Positions 10,242 through 22,300 of a DNA stretch of 64,000 nucleotides are shown one piece after another. The notes under the pieces were generated by a model, which saw only the letters and a list, made by a program, of their open reading frames with translations, had not been told where the DNA came from and did not search any database. Position 1 is the first letter of the stretch, and every line of letters starts with the position of its first letter. A program made the position numbers and the translations under genes. The stretch is from Nitrosopumilaceae archaeon (lineage in GTDB: Archaea > Thermoproteota > Nitrososphaeria > Nitrososphaerales > Nitrosopumilaceae): NCBI GenBank assembly GCA_965214835.1, contig CBDCCK010000002.1:3072001-3136000 (forward strand), read 5' to 3'.

Positions 10242-12692
10242 GTGAGGGCCATAATCATCATGCTGATTGCAGCCGTTGCAGTGGCATCAGGCACGTCAGC
10301 TGCGCACTCTATAGGGACAAACGTGGAGTCGGTAAAGTTCATCCAGTATTTGGACGAGAATACGGCGCTAGAGGAGGTCCGCAACGGAAACCTGGACATG
10401 TACTACTTTAGGATCTCCCCAGACAGGATTGAGGACGTCCAGTCAAGGGAGGGCCTGAAGGTCTATGACTCGACGGGCGGATCCTACAGCATCCTGGTGA
10501 ATCCGGCCGAGCCCAAGGATGGATACAATCCGTTTTTTCACAGAGACGCCAGATTTGCGCTAAACTACCTGGTGGACAGGAAGCTGATCGTAAACGAGCT
10601 GATGGGCGGGTACGGCGTGCCGATGATCTCAAACTATGGCCCGTTTGATCCCGAGTACCTTACGATTCTGGGCCAGCTAGAGGAGTTTCAGTTCAGGTAC
10701 AACCCCAGGCTGGCCGAGCAGATGATCTCAGACGCGCTTGAGGCAGGCGGGGCAGAGAAGATCGGCGGCATCTGGACCTTTGAGAAAAGGCCGGTCACGG
10801 TTACCGTCTTTATCAGAAGCGACGACCCGGTAAGAAAGTCCATCGGCGAGATTCTGGCAGCAGAGCTGGAGGCCCTGGGCCTCGTGATCGTCAAGGACTA
10901 TGGGGATCTGAACAAGGCCTTTGTCGTAGTATACGGCTCAGACCCGGCAGACAACAGGTGGAACCTGTACACCGAGGGGTGGGGGGGACGCTCTGCCTTT
11001 GTCAGGTATGATCCAGTCGGCCTGGCGCAGATGTACTCCCCGTGGTTTTCAAACACGCCGGGATTCAACGATCCGGACTACTGGAACTATGAAAATGATC
11101 ACCTAGATAAAATCACGCAGAGGATCTACACAGGGGACTTTGACTCCGAGGGGCAGAGAAACGATCTGATACGGCAGGCCACGGAGGAGGCAGTCAACGA
11201 GTCAGTCAGGGTGTTTCTTGCAAGCAAGATAGACCAGTACGTGGTAAGCGAGAACGTAGACGGCGTGATCAACGACTTTGGCGCGGGAGTGCCCACAAGG
11301 TTTACCCCCATCAATGCCAAAACGGACGACGGGGAGCTTGTCATAGGGGTCAAGCAGATCTATCAGGGGGCGTGGAATCCGGTAATGGGCCTGACTGACA
11401 GCTACAGCACGCACATTTGGAACCCAATCAACGATCCCGCGCTGTTCAAGCACCCGTTTACCGGGGACACGATACCGATCAGGGCCCAATGGAGCGTGGA
11501 GACGGACGGGCCCGGGCATAAAATCGATGTCCCCGGCGACGCAATCCTGTGGAACCCGCAGACGCAGGCCTGGGAGGGCGTAAGGGACGGGCAGGCCACA
11601 AGCAAGGTAACCTTTGACTTTGAGTTTGGGAGATGGCACAACGGCCAGGCGGTGGACATCTATGACATGCTGTACATCGCATACTTTGATCTAGAGTGGG
11701 GAGAGGCCGTTGACGAGGAGGACAGGACGGTGGACTCGGAGTTCACCCCCCAGGCGGCCCAGATGGTCTCCAGCATAGTCGGGATAAGGCCCGTCGGGAG
11801 CTCGCAAATCGAGATGTATGTAGACTATTGGCATTTTGACGAGTCAGAGATTGCGCACTGGGCGGCATTATGGGGCAGCATGATGCCGTGGGAGGTCTTT
11901 GCATCCATGGAAAAGTCGGTACTGGATGGAAAGATGTCGTTTTCACGGTCTGGTGCTGCAAGCAAGAACGTAAGCTGGCTGTCGCTGATCGTCCCCAACG
12001 ACGCCCGGATCATAGGGGAGAATCTTGAAGAGTACGGCCGGGAGGGCTTTGTTCCTGCGCCCCTGAGGGGATTTGGGCTGGAGGAGGACTATTTTGACTC
12101 AAGGTACGGCGCCACTGCAGGATGGATTGAGCGGATGGATCACGCAGTAATCAGCAACGGGCCGTTTTACCTGGAATCATATGCCCCAGAGTCAAGGACG
12201 ATCACGCTTGCCGCGTTTGATGATCCGGACTATCCGTTTGGGCAAGGGCACTGGTCGGAGTTTGAAGGCGCTGACTTTCCAAGGATAACAGGCTTTGAGG
12301 TTCCAAGGATAATTCCAAAGTCAGAGAGGATCGAGCTGCACATAGAGACGGAAAACGCATCGGAGATAAGGTACTTTGTCTCAAATCAAAACGGCATAGT
12401 AGAGTCGCAGACGATACGCACAGGGTCAGGCAGGGACATCATCGAGATACCAGGCGAGGTAGTCGTGGAGGGCACAAACAGTATCAAGGTCTTTGCAGTA
12501 TCCGATGAGGTGCTGAGGCCGGATTTGTACGAGACAAGCTTCGTGGTAAGCGAGGGCGCCGTATTGATTGACGAGGGCGGCATGGGGAATGTCCCGAAAA
12601 TCAGCAGTGCGGATTATTCGTGGGCATATGCGGCAATTGCCCTTGCAGTTATTGCGCCAACAATTATTGCAGTCAGGATGAGGCTAGGTTAG
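10242..12692 (+). CDS. ABC transporter substrate-binding protein, family 5 (peptide/nickel)
   Basis: Signal peptide; NPF..RFALNYLVDR; ISNGPFYLESY; C-terminal TM anchor. Confidence 0.88.
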   Translation: MRAIIIMLIAAVAVASGTSAAHSIGTNVESVKFIQYLDENTALEEVRNGNLDMYYFRISPDRIEDVQSREGLKVYDSTGGSYSILVNPAEPKDGYNPFFHRDARFALNYLVDRKLIVNELMGGYGVPMISNYGPFDPEYLTILGQLEEFQFRYNPRLAEQMISDALEAGGAEKIGGIWTFEKRPVTVTVFIRSDDPVRKSIGEILAAELEALGLVIVKDYGDLNKAFVVVYGSDPADNRWNLYTEGWGGRSAFVRYDPVGLAQMYSPWFSNTPGFNDPDYWNYENDHLDKITQRIYTGDFDSEGQRNDLIRQATEEAVNESVRVFLASKIDQYVVSENVDGVINDFGAGVPTRFTPINAKTDDGELVIGVKQIYQGAWNPVMGLTDSYSTHIWNPINDPALFKHPFTGDTIPIRAQWSVETDGPGHKIDVPGDAILWNPQTQAWEGVRDGQATSKVTFDFEFGRWHNGQAVDIYDMLYIAYFDLEWGEAVDEEDRTVDSEFTPQAAQMVSSIVGIRPVGSSQIEMYVDYWHFDESEIAHWAALWGSMMPWEVFASMEKSVLDGKMSFSRSGAASKNVSWLSLIVPNDARIIGENLEEYGREGFVPAPLRGFGLEEDYFDSRYGATAGWIERMDHAVISNGPFYLESYAPESRTITLAAFDDPDYPFGQGHWSEFEGADFPRITGFEVPRIIPKSERIELHIETENASEIRYFVSNQNGIVESQTIRTGSGRDIIEIPGEVVVEGTNSIKVFAVSDEVLRPDLYETSFVVSEGAVLIDEGGMGNVPKISSADYSWAYAAIALAVIAPTIIAVRMRLG

Positions 12693-13169
12693 ACGATAAT
12701 CGGAGGCTATCTGCTCTATGTCACCCTCCAGCCTTGCCTTGGAATAGTCCTCTAGCAGGTTTTGGTTCAGGGTATAAAACGTATGGCCCCACCTGAACTT
12801 GTCAAGCAGCCTTAGCGACTCGTCCCTCAGCCCCATGACAAACAGCGCGCCGGATACGGCCTCAACGGTAGTCAGCTTGCCTATCTTGGAGTAGTTTACG
12901 GGGTTTCCGGCAAGCATCGGGGGCAGCCTTCGTCGGATCCCTGCGAGTTTTTTGGAAAAGACGCCATCGGCCAGGCTCCAGGAGCAGTCGACGGCGGTGA
13001 TGGAGGCGGATCTGTCAGAGGGAAGCAGGTATCGCGTCGCAAACGGATCCAGGACTATGGTGCTGGCGGAGGTTTTTTTGATGTTTCGCGCAAGGCCGAG
13101 CCTTACCAGCCTTACGGCAGTGCACTTGTCAGGATCGTCCTGCCTGAGCATCAATACCTGGACTCTCAA
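12684..13169 (-). CDS. tsr3: 16S rRNA aminocarboxypropyltransferase Tsr3 (DUF367)
   Basis: QDDPDKCTA, VDCSW, RRLPPMLAGNPVNYSK, LTTVEA, FRWGHTFYTLN motifs. Confidence 0.93.
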   Translation of the reverse strand: MRVQVLMLRQDDPDKCTAVRLVRLGLARNIKKTSASTIVLDPFATRYLLPSDRSASITAVDCSWSLADGVFSKKLAGIRRRLPPMLAGNPVNYSKIGKLTTVEAVSGALFVMGLRDESLRLLDKFRWGHTFYTLNQNLLEDYSKARLEGDIEQIASDYRLT

Positions 13170-13321
13170 CGGATGACATCAGGGATGCGGTGGTATTAAT
13201 TATTCAGTAGCCGAGTCTACGCCCCGCACCGGTACCGCCGCGCCAGCCCGCAGTGGCTTTGGTGATCCGTAAGATCGCTGTGCGCCATCCGGCCCTGCAT
13301 CGGGTGCGGCCAGGCCAGTGC

Positions 13322-16300
13322 CTAGTCGGACTCGGTATAGATGGGCCCAAACGACAGCCCCCTCATGATCTCCTGCATCCTCTTTTGCTCTGCAAGTATG
13401 GCCTCCTCCAGGCGGTCAAGGCGCGCGTCCCCTCCGTCCAGATCCTCTGGCAGATCGTATGCAAGTACGGGTTCAAGCTCCGACATCAGCTGCGCGGCGT
13501 CAAAGACCAGCACGGCCCTGTCCTGCTCGGCCTGTACGAGCGCTGCAAAGTTGGAGTTCATCCTGGTCATCACGCCCCACGTCCCGTCCTGGTGGCGCTC
13601 AAACGGCTCTGGCACCAGCCTCGACCAAGTGCCGTACGAGTTCCGGGTCCACTCGCCGCCCCACTGGTCCTCCCACGTGTCGCTCAGCTTGTCGGTGCGC
13701 TGCAGCGATATGGCTACGGCATCATACTGGTTTCCCTTCTTGGATATCCCGGCAGTCTCCCTGGGTGCCGGGTTCAGCGAGTCGCCTTGCACCAGCAGGC
13801 CGTCGTTCATGTAGTTCTGCGCGCTCCAGCGCTGTACGTCCATCACATATATGACAAAGGGCTCGTGGTACATCTGCTCCCTGAAGAGCAGTCCGTCGAC
13901 TGAGAGCTCCACGCACTTGGTTGGGTCATCAGGTGACATGCAGCCGACAAGCGCCACGTCCAGCGTGGCCTCGCCCAGGATGTCGTTTGGATCCGTGTAG
14001 GTTGCATCCCGTATCTTGTAGGTCGAGTTTGTGGCATAGTCGCGCTCGAGATCGACGGTCAGTACTGCCTCGGACTGGCCTATGGACGAGCCCACCTCCG
14101 GCACCCCGAAGCCCATCTGGAACTGCTGTACCCCTGTTACAGAGTGTGCCTTTAGCGTAAAGTCGTGTGTCGAATTGGTCTGTATTGATTCGCGCCTGTA
14201 ATCTACGTGGTAATCAAGCACGTCGCGGCATGTGCCGTCCATGGAGTACCCACAGCTTACCATCTGGCTGCCCGTCTGCGGCGATACGCCAAAGGTCGGC
14301 GCCGTCTGCCACTCGTCGTCATTGCCGCCGCCCGACGGTCGTTTGAATTCACCATCAATCCAGGTGCCCACGAGTGTCCAGCCCGATCTATCCATGCCCC
14401 ATACGGCATATGTGAGCCAGTCCAGATCTCCTGCCTCATTCAGATGTATGTTGCCCAAGGCCCCATCGTGCTGGGATGCGGCCTCCGCGATGGTGTCCTT
14501 TATTGCCGCAAACTCGGCGTCACTTCCGGCCCGTTCCAGGGCCAGACCGAGAATCCAGATGGAATCATACATGCCGTACGTGTATGCCGTAGGCGTGGTG
14601 CCAAACTCGGCCTCGATCAGCCTTGTCAGCTTCCTGTGTGGGTCGCTGCCAGAGTCCTCTGCAAAGATGGGCGCCACGAAGTTGGCATCCCTCAGGAACT
14701 CGAATACTCTAGGATCGCCTACCAGTGCATCGTCGAGGACCGAGACGTCCGAGCCCACCCACTGCACCGTACGCAGTACCGGATGGTCTGCAGCCTTGCT
14801 TACGAACCTAGACATCTCATCTTGTCCTATGAACAAGACGGCCACCCGGTCTGCCCCCACATCCCCTACATGGTCTGAGACGGTGTCGGCAAGCCGTCCG
14901 GCCAAAGTCTCAAAGACGGCATCCAGATCGGCGGCGTTCGGATCGTAGCTGCCCACGGTATCGTCAACGGCGCCTCCAAGCTCTTCAAAATTGTCTGCAA
15001 CCGAGTCCTTGAGTCCGATTCCCCAGATGTCGTCCCGCCATACCATCACTGTGACGTTCCTTCCGTACTCGTTCTTGAGCAGGTCGGCAATCACGGGCCC
15101 GTACTGCAGGCTGTCAGGGGCCAGGCGGAACATGTTGTCGCCTGCAATTGCAAGCGAGGGCGCCGTCGAGCAGCAGCTGAAAAATATCATGTCGTTGGAA
15201 TCCACATATGGTACTATGGACTCTAGGTCTGGGCCCCGGATGGATCCGGAGACAAGACTGACGTCGTCTGCCTTAAACGACTGGATCGCAGCCTGCACGC
15301 CGTATTCCTCCGTGTCCTTAATGTCGACGGCGATGCGCCAGGTGGCCTCGTTCCGCGTGAGATAGGCGTTAAAGTCAGATACGGCAGTCTCTACTGCAAG
15401 GATGTATTGCGAGGCCAGCTGGTCGCCCGTGGCCTCTGCCAAGACTTGCATGTTGTTTGCAACTGCCGCAAGGGCCTGTTGCTGGCCCAGCTGGTCACCT
15501 GCGTCCTCGCCAGAGTGTATGATGGTGCCGATCTTTACTACGTCCAGGGCTACCAGCACCGTCCTAGTGGCCGTGGCCGTGTTGCCCGCATCGTCGGTGG
15601 TAGTATAGGTTACCGTGTAGGTGCCGGGCCTGTCGGTGTCTATTGCCGCAGCATCGTCAGACACGGATCCCACATAGCCCGGATCGTTGTCAGTCGAGGT
15701 GGCACCTTCGTCTTTATACACCGAACCCAGATCTATGGACACTGGATCATCGCCGGATACGGTGATGACCGGCGGCGTGGTGTCGCGCACCGTGACGATT
15801 CTCGTGGCCATGCCGTCGTTGCCGTCCCCGTCGGTGGCCGTATAGGTTACCGTATAGGTGCCGGCCTTGGTCACGTCTACTTCAGAGTCCGTGATGACTG
15901 GCAGGCCTCCCTCGGCAGTGGCGCCCAGCTCGACATAGTTGTCTCCCAGCTCGACGAACACGGTCGCGTCCCCGTTGAGTGTTACCGCCGGCCCGCTGGT
16001 ATCCTGTACCACGACTGTGCGCGTGACAGGATCCGGCGTGTTGTTTGCGTCATCTGTCGGAGCCGTATACGATACCAAGTAGGTGCCGATAGAGCTTGTG
16101 TCCACGGTATCGCCGCCTACTGTGGCCACCGTGGTTGTATATGCAGGATCGTTGTCGGATACGGTGGCGCCCGGCTCCGTGTACGCGTCGCCGATCTCGA
16201 CGGTCACAACCGCGCCTCCGTTGAGTGATATGACAGGCGCCGTGGTGTCCTGGACCGTGACGGTGCGGGTGACCGGACTGGGCAGATTGCCGTCCCCGTC

Positions 16301-19300
16301 TGGCGGCGCCGTATACGATACCGTGTAGGTGCCCGCGGTGTTTGTGTCAACGGTGTCGCCTCCGACTGTGACCGTGCCTGCATAGCCGGGCTCGCTGTCG
16401 GCCACCTCGGCGCCCAGCTCAGTGTACGTGCCGCCCAGCTCGACGGTCACAGTCGCGTTCCCATAGAGTGTTATTACGGGTGCAGTCGAGTCCCGGACAA
16501 AGACAAACCTGGTGACCGTGTCAGGTGCGTTACCCGCATCGTCTGCCGGTGCCGTATATGTCACCTGATAGTCGCCTGACACTTGCGTGTTGACCGTTCC
16601 CGACTCGGTCACAATGCCGTTATAGTTGGGATCGTTGTCAGATACAGTGGCGCCCTGCTCGGCGTAGGTGCCGCCGAACTCGACGGTCACAGACGCGTCC
16701 CCGTTGAGTGTTATGACGGGTGCCGTGGTGTCCTGGACGGTGACGGTGCGGGTGACCGGATCCGGTGCTTTGCCGGCGTCATCTGCCGGCGCCGTATACG
16801 ATACCGTGTAGGTGCCCGCAGAGTCCGCATCCACGGTGTCGCCTCCTACTGTGACCGTGCCGGTATAATCGGGATCGTTGTCAGATACAGTGGCGCCCGG
16901 ATCCGTGTATGTATCACCGAGCTCGTGAACCAGCGGGTCGTCGCCCGTGGCGCCGATGACAGGCTTTGTGGTGTCGCGCACCTGAACCGTCCTAGTGTTC
17001 TTGCCCTCGTTGCCGTCCCCGTCGGTGGCAGTATAGGTTACGGTATAGTCGCCGTGCTCGTTGACGTCGACGGCCGAGGAGTCCGTGATAACTGCCGAGC
17101 CGTCGTCAGAAGTGGCGCCCGGATCCGTGTACGGGTTGCCGAGCTCGTGGGCCAGCGGGTTGTCGCCGGATACCGTGATGGTGGGCGCCGCCGTATCCTG
17201 GACTATGACGGTACGGGTGACCGGATCCGGCGTGTTGCCGGCGTCGTCTGCCGGCGCCGTGTACGATACCACGTAGGTGCCCGTGGAGTTTGTGTCCACG
17301 GTGGCGCCTCCGACTGTGGCCGTCGTGGTTGTATAGTCGTCATCGTTGTCAGATACGGTGGCACCCAGCTCGGCGTATGCGCCGCCCAGCTCGACTGTCA
17401 CGGACGCGCTCCCGCTGAGTGTTATGACGGGTGCCGTGGTGTCGCGCACCTGAACCATCCGGATGGCCGTGCCCGTGTTGTTACCCGCGTCGGTGGCCGT
17501 GTATGTAACCGCATAGTCACCGTGCTCGTTGACGTCTACTGCCGAGAAGTCTGTGATAACTGCCGAGCCGTCGTCAGAAGTGGCGCCCGGATCCGTGTAC
17601 GGGTTGCCGAGCTCGTGGGCCAGCGGGTTGTCGCCGGATACCGTGATGGTGGGCGCCGCCGTATCCTGGACTATGACGGTACGGGTGACCGGATCCGGCG
17701 TGTTGCCGGCGTCGTCTGCCGGCGCCGTGTACGATACCACGTAGGTGCCCGTGGAGTTTGTGTCCACGGTGGCGCCTCCGACTGTGGCCGTCGTGGTTGT
17801 ATATGCAGGATCATTGTCAGATACGGTGGCGCCCCTCTCCGTGTAGCTGCCGTCGATCACCAGGGTCAGTGACGGCGGACCGGTCACCACAATAACGGGT
17901 GCCGTGGTGTCGCGCACCTGCACCGTCCTAGTGGCCGTGCCCGTGTTGGCGTTATCGTCGGTGGCCGCGTATGACACAAAGTAGTCGCCGGACTTTGTCA
18001 CGTTGACGTTCGAGCCAGTGGTGTGGACTACCGAGCCGTCGTCAGAAGTGGCGCCCTGGTCGGTGTACGGGTCGCCGAGCTCGTGGACCAGCGGACTGCC
18101 ACCGGTTATCGTGATTACGGGCGGTGTCACGTCCGGTGCCTCCACCGCCGTTATATGGAACGTCTCCGAGTCGGCGCCTCCGCGGGTGTCATTTACCGTT
18201 ATTGTAACCTCGTGTGTCTGCCCGGCGTCTGCCTGAACCGGCGTCCAGTCGAGGCGGCCGTCAGACGTGCTGAACGTGGCAGCTGCCGGCAGCGTGCCGC
18301 GCGATATCGAATACGTATGCGTGTCAGTCGGATCCGCGTCAGTCACGTCAGGAGTTATTATAAGCTGGATGCCCACCGTGGCAGTCTGGTTGTCTATTGC
18401 GCCCAGGACCGGGGCGTTGTTGTCGCGCGTGATTGTCACAGTTATCGTGCCCTGTGCTGTGTCGGCCCCGGAGGTGACAGTATAATCAAACGTGTCGGTG
18501 CCATTATAGTCCGGGGACGGCGTGTACGTGATGTCCGTGTCGCTGAAGGTGGCAGATCCTTCTACAGGAGTGCCGACATCCGTTATCCTGGGCGTGTCGC
18601 CCGGATCCGGGTCGGATATGGCCGGCGTGATGACTATGGCCGTGTCCTCCGTGGTCGTGGCATCTGTGTCCGGTGCAACCGGCGGAGCCGGCTCCGGCCT
18701 TCCGGCGGTCTCTAGGGTCTCAGAGACGCTGCGTATACTGTTGCCGGACAGATCCGAGAAGGCACCCTCGTCGACGTCAATCGACGGACTGGCCATGGCA
18801 TCGACCTGGTGTGCCTGTTCCCTGGTAAGCGTAAGCGTCACTGCATCGGAGTCCATCCCCGTGTGGTCGGCACCTGCCAGGCTCACCCGGTTCGAGCCCT
18901 CGACTATGGACAGCTTTGACAGATCCGTCTCGGATGCGTCTATCGTCTTGTCAAACGTGGCGCTGAAGACCCTCGTGTTGAAGTCCAGCGTGGCCGACTC
19001 GAGGACGGGTCTTGACGTGTCTGCATGCTCGAGCTTGACTATCTGGATGCCGTCCTCCGTCCATGAGGCCACTGCGGCGTACGTGGTGCCGTCTATTACG
19101 AAGGTGTCCACGTCGTAGGTGTCAGCAAGCAGTCGGTTGCCGTTGTCGCGCATCTCCACGACAGGAATCAGGTTGCGCGGGTCGCTGACGTCGACCACCT
19201 GCAGGCCGTCCTCTCCTGCGGTGACTGCCACGTACGTGTATATGCCTATCTCAAAGGCCGCCACGCCGTGCGGCCTGTTGAGAATCAGGCCGTTGCCGTC

Positions 19301-22300
19301 GCGGTCGCGGTCGTCATCTGACAGCCTTGATGATATGCTGGTTACGGTGCCGTCTCCATGGAGGCGGACTATTTCCAGTCCGTTGTCCCCGTTGCCGGTG
19401 ACTGCAGCATAAGTGCGCTCTCCTATGACAAAGGTGTCCACTCCGCGTGTATTGTCAAGCCGCCGATTGTTGTCGTCCTCCAGCTCCCCGCGGAATACGG
19501 GGTTGCGCGGGTCGGTGACCTCTATGGTCCGGATGCCGTCCCAGCCGTCTGCGCCGTATCCCGTAACGACTGCGTAGATTCTGTCTTCTATCGTAAAGAC
19601 GCTGATGTCGCGAGCGTCGTTGAGCGTCGGATAGTGGCGCAGGAATCCGTGGGCGACGGGGTTGCGCGGGTCGGTGACCTCCACTATCTGAATGCCGTCC
19701 TCCGCAGAGGAGGTCGATACGGTGTATATCTTGCCGTCCTTTTCAAAGACGTCGACGTTATGGGGGTTTCCGAGCCGCTTGTTACCGTCGTCCCGTACGC
19801 GCGCCACCGGATCCGGGTTGGCCGGATCCGTGATGTCGATAATCTCCATGCCGTCGTCGTGCGCCACGACTGCCGCATACGTCTTTGTTCCTATCTTGAA
19901 GATGGCCGTGTCGTGCGGATCCCGGAGCTCGAGGCCGCTGGTGTCCTTTACCCTCCCGACGCCGGTCGGATTCTTCGGATCGGTGACCTCGATCAGCTCG
20001 AGGCCGTGATTTGATATGGAGGTGACTGCCACGTACGTCTTGTCGCCTATCACAAACGCGTTGACCGAGCGCGGGCCGTTGAGCAGCAGGGTGTAGTCGT
20101 CCCTTATGTTTGCCACGGGGGTCGCAAACAGCAGCGGGCTCTCGGCGGTGATGCCGGCGGGGTTGTCCGTCGAGCGTCCTATGGTGTTGCCGGCAAGATC
20201 GGTGACGGCGCCGGCGCCGATGTCCAGCTGCGGCGTGTTCATCGGCGATGTCCGCAGTAGATGGGACTCTGTAAGCGTGATGGTCATGGTATCCGAGTCG
20301 GCCATCTCCGAGTCCAGCTCGGCGCCTGCCAGCGAGACGGCATCCACGATACCGTCCTGGCTGAGGTGCATGCGGCCCAGATCGGTCATTGAGACGTCTA
20401 CCTTCTCGCTGAACTCTACTGTGAGGACGCCCCTCCTCTCGTCCAGGGAGGCCGATGCAAAGCGCGGCGGCTCGTTCTCGGCAAGGGCCAGCCGGACTAT
20501 CTGGATGCCGTCCTCCTCCCATGCCGAGACGGCCGCGTACGTGACGCCGTCTATCTCAAAGACCTTTACCTCGATGGCGCCGTCTAGCAGCAGCTCACCG
20601 GAGTCCCCGAGGGATCCCGCCGGTGCCGGGCGATCCGGATCGGTGATGTCCACAATCTGGATGCCGTCGTTGCTGTACGATGCCACGGCTGCAAATATGT
20701 ATTCGCCCATCTCAAAGACGTCCACGCCGTGGGCGCCGTTGAGTATCAGCGATTGTCCCAGGCCGCCGTCGCTGTCGCTCAGCTTGCCCTTGGCGGTCGG
20801 GGCTCCCCCTGCGTCGATCTCAAATATCTGGATGCCGTTGTCAAGCCAGGAGGCCGCCACGACGTAGGTCTTGCCGTCCTTCTCATAGGTGTCTAGACCC
20901 CGGACGTCCTCGAGCAGCAGGTCATTGTTGTCGATTATGCGTCCGACAGACGTTGGGCTGTTTGTATTAAGCTGGATTATCTCAAGGCCGTCCTCGTTGC
21001 CGGCCACCGCCGCGTACGGGGTGGTGCCCCCAACAAAATTGAATGTGGCCACGGCCCAGGCCTCGTTCAGTCGCAGGTGGGTGGTGTTGTCGCGCAGCTT
21101 TCCGACGGCATCAGGACTGGACGGGTTGCCTATGTTGGTTATCTGGATGCCGTCCTCCGTAAAGGAGGTCGATATGGCGTATACGTCCGGGCCCCGGTTG
21201 AATATCGCCACGCCCTCGGCGTTGCCAAGCAGTCTGTCATTGTTGTCATTTACGTGTCCCCGCTCGTGATCGCCGGATCCGGGATTGGTGACATCAAGTA
21301 TCTGGATGGCATCATCATGTCCCACCACGGCAGCATATATGCGATTGTTCCTCTCGTAGACTGCCACGTCGCGCGCCCAACTGAGCTCCGAGCCTTTGCC
21401 GTCGCCGTTGCGGCCGGCGCCTCTCGGGTCGTCCGGATTAGTGAGGTCTACAAACTGCACGCCGCTGTCGGTGTGCGATGTCACGACGGCGTAGGTCTTG
21501 CCGTCCAGGGCAAACACGTCCAGGCCGCGCGGCCCGTCAAGGTGCAGCTCCTTGTTGTTGTCGTGCAGTTTTCCCACCGGAGTCACGACGACGGAGGCTG
21601 CCATTCTGGTGACTTTGATCGGGTTGTCGGCCGCCGACGCTATGTTGTTTCCGGCCCGGTCCCTGACGGCTCCCTCGGCAATATCCAGCTGCGGCGTCTC
21701 CATCGGGACGACAATCCTCCGCTGCGACTCGGTAAGCGTAAACGTCAGGGTGTGCGCGTCGGGTTTCGTGCCGTCAAAGCCGGCACCGGTCAGCCTGACC
21801 TGGTTGGCCATCCCGGTGTCGCTTATATAAAGCCGCCACAGGTTGGTCCTTGACACGTCGACGGGCTCGTTGAATGTGACTGTAAGTCGTCCGGTGTTCT
21901 CGTCAAGCTCGGCCGATGCAAACTCCGGTTTTGTGTCCTCCTCGAGGGCCAGTCTGACGACCTGCAGCGCATCCTCCTGCCAAGAGACGGCAGCCGCGTA
22001 CGTCGAGGCGCCTATGGTAAACACGTCTATGTCGTATATCGTATGGAGGTTCCTGCCTGTCGAGTCCCACAGGTTCCCCACGGACACCGGCCTGTACGGA
22101 TCGGTGACGTCTATGAACCGTATGCCGGCAGTGCCGTCAAAGCCCATGGCCACAAAGGTGCGGCCCTCCATCTCAAAGACATCCATCTCGTATGGTCTCG
22201 GAGACGACGAGGACGAGCCGCCGATCCACTGGCCGGCGAAGGCCGGGGAACTGGGGTCGCCCAGATCCACCATCCGCAGCCCCTTGGAGGAGGCCACGGC

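Noticed and set aside
15415-15511. Degenerate 72-bp-period repeat (GDQL twice) in the giant gene as a fourth, older insertion scar
   Set aside because: Only about 10 bp are exact and the rest is diverged; cannot be distinguished from chance or ordinary duplication
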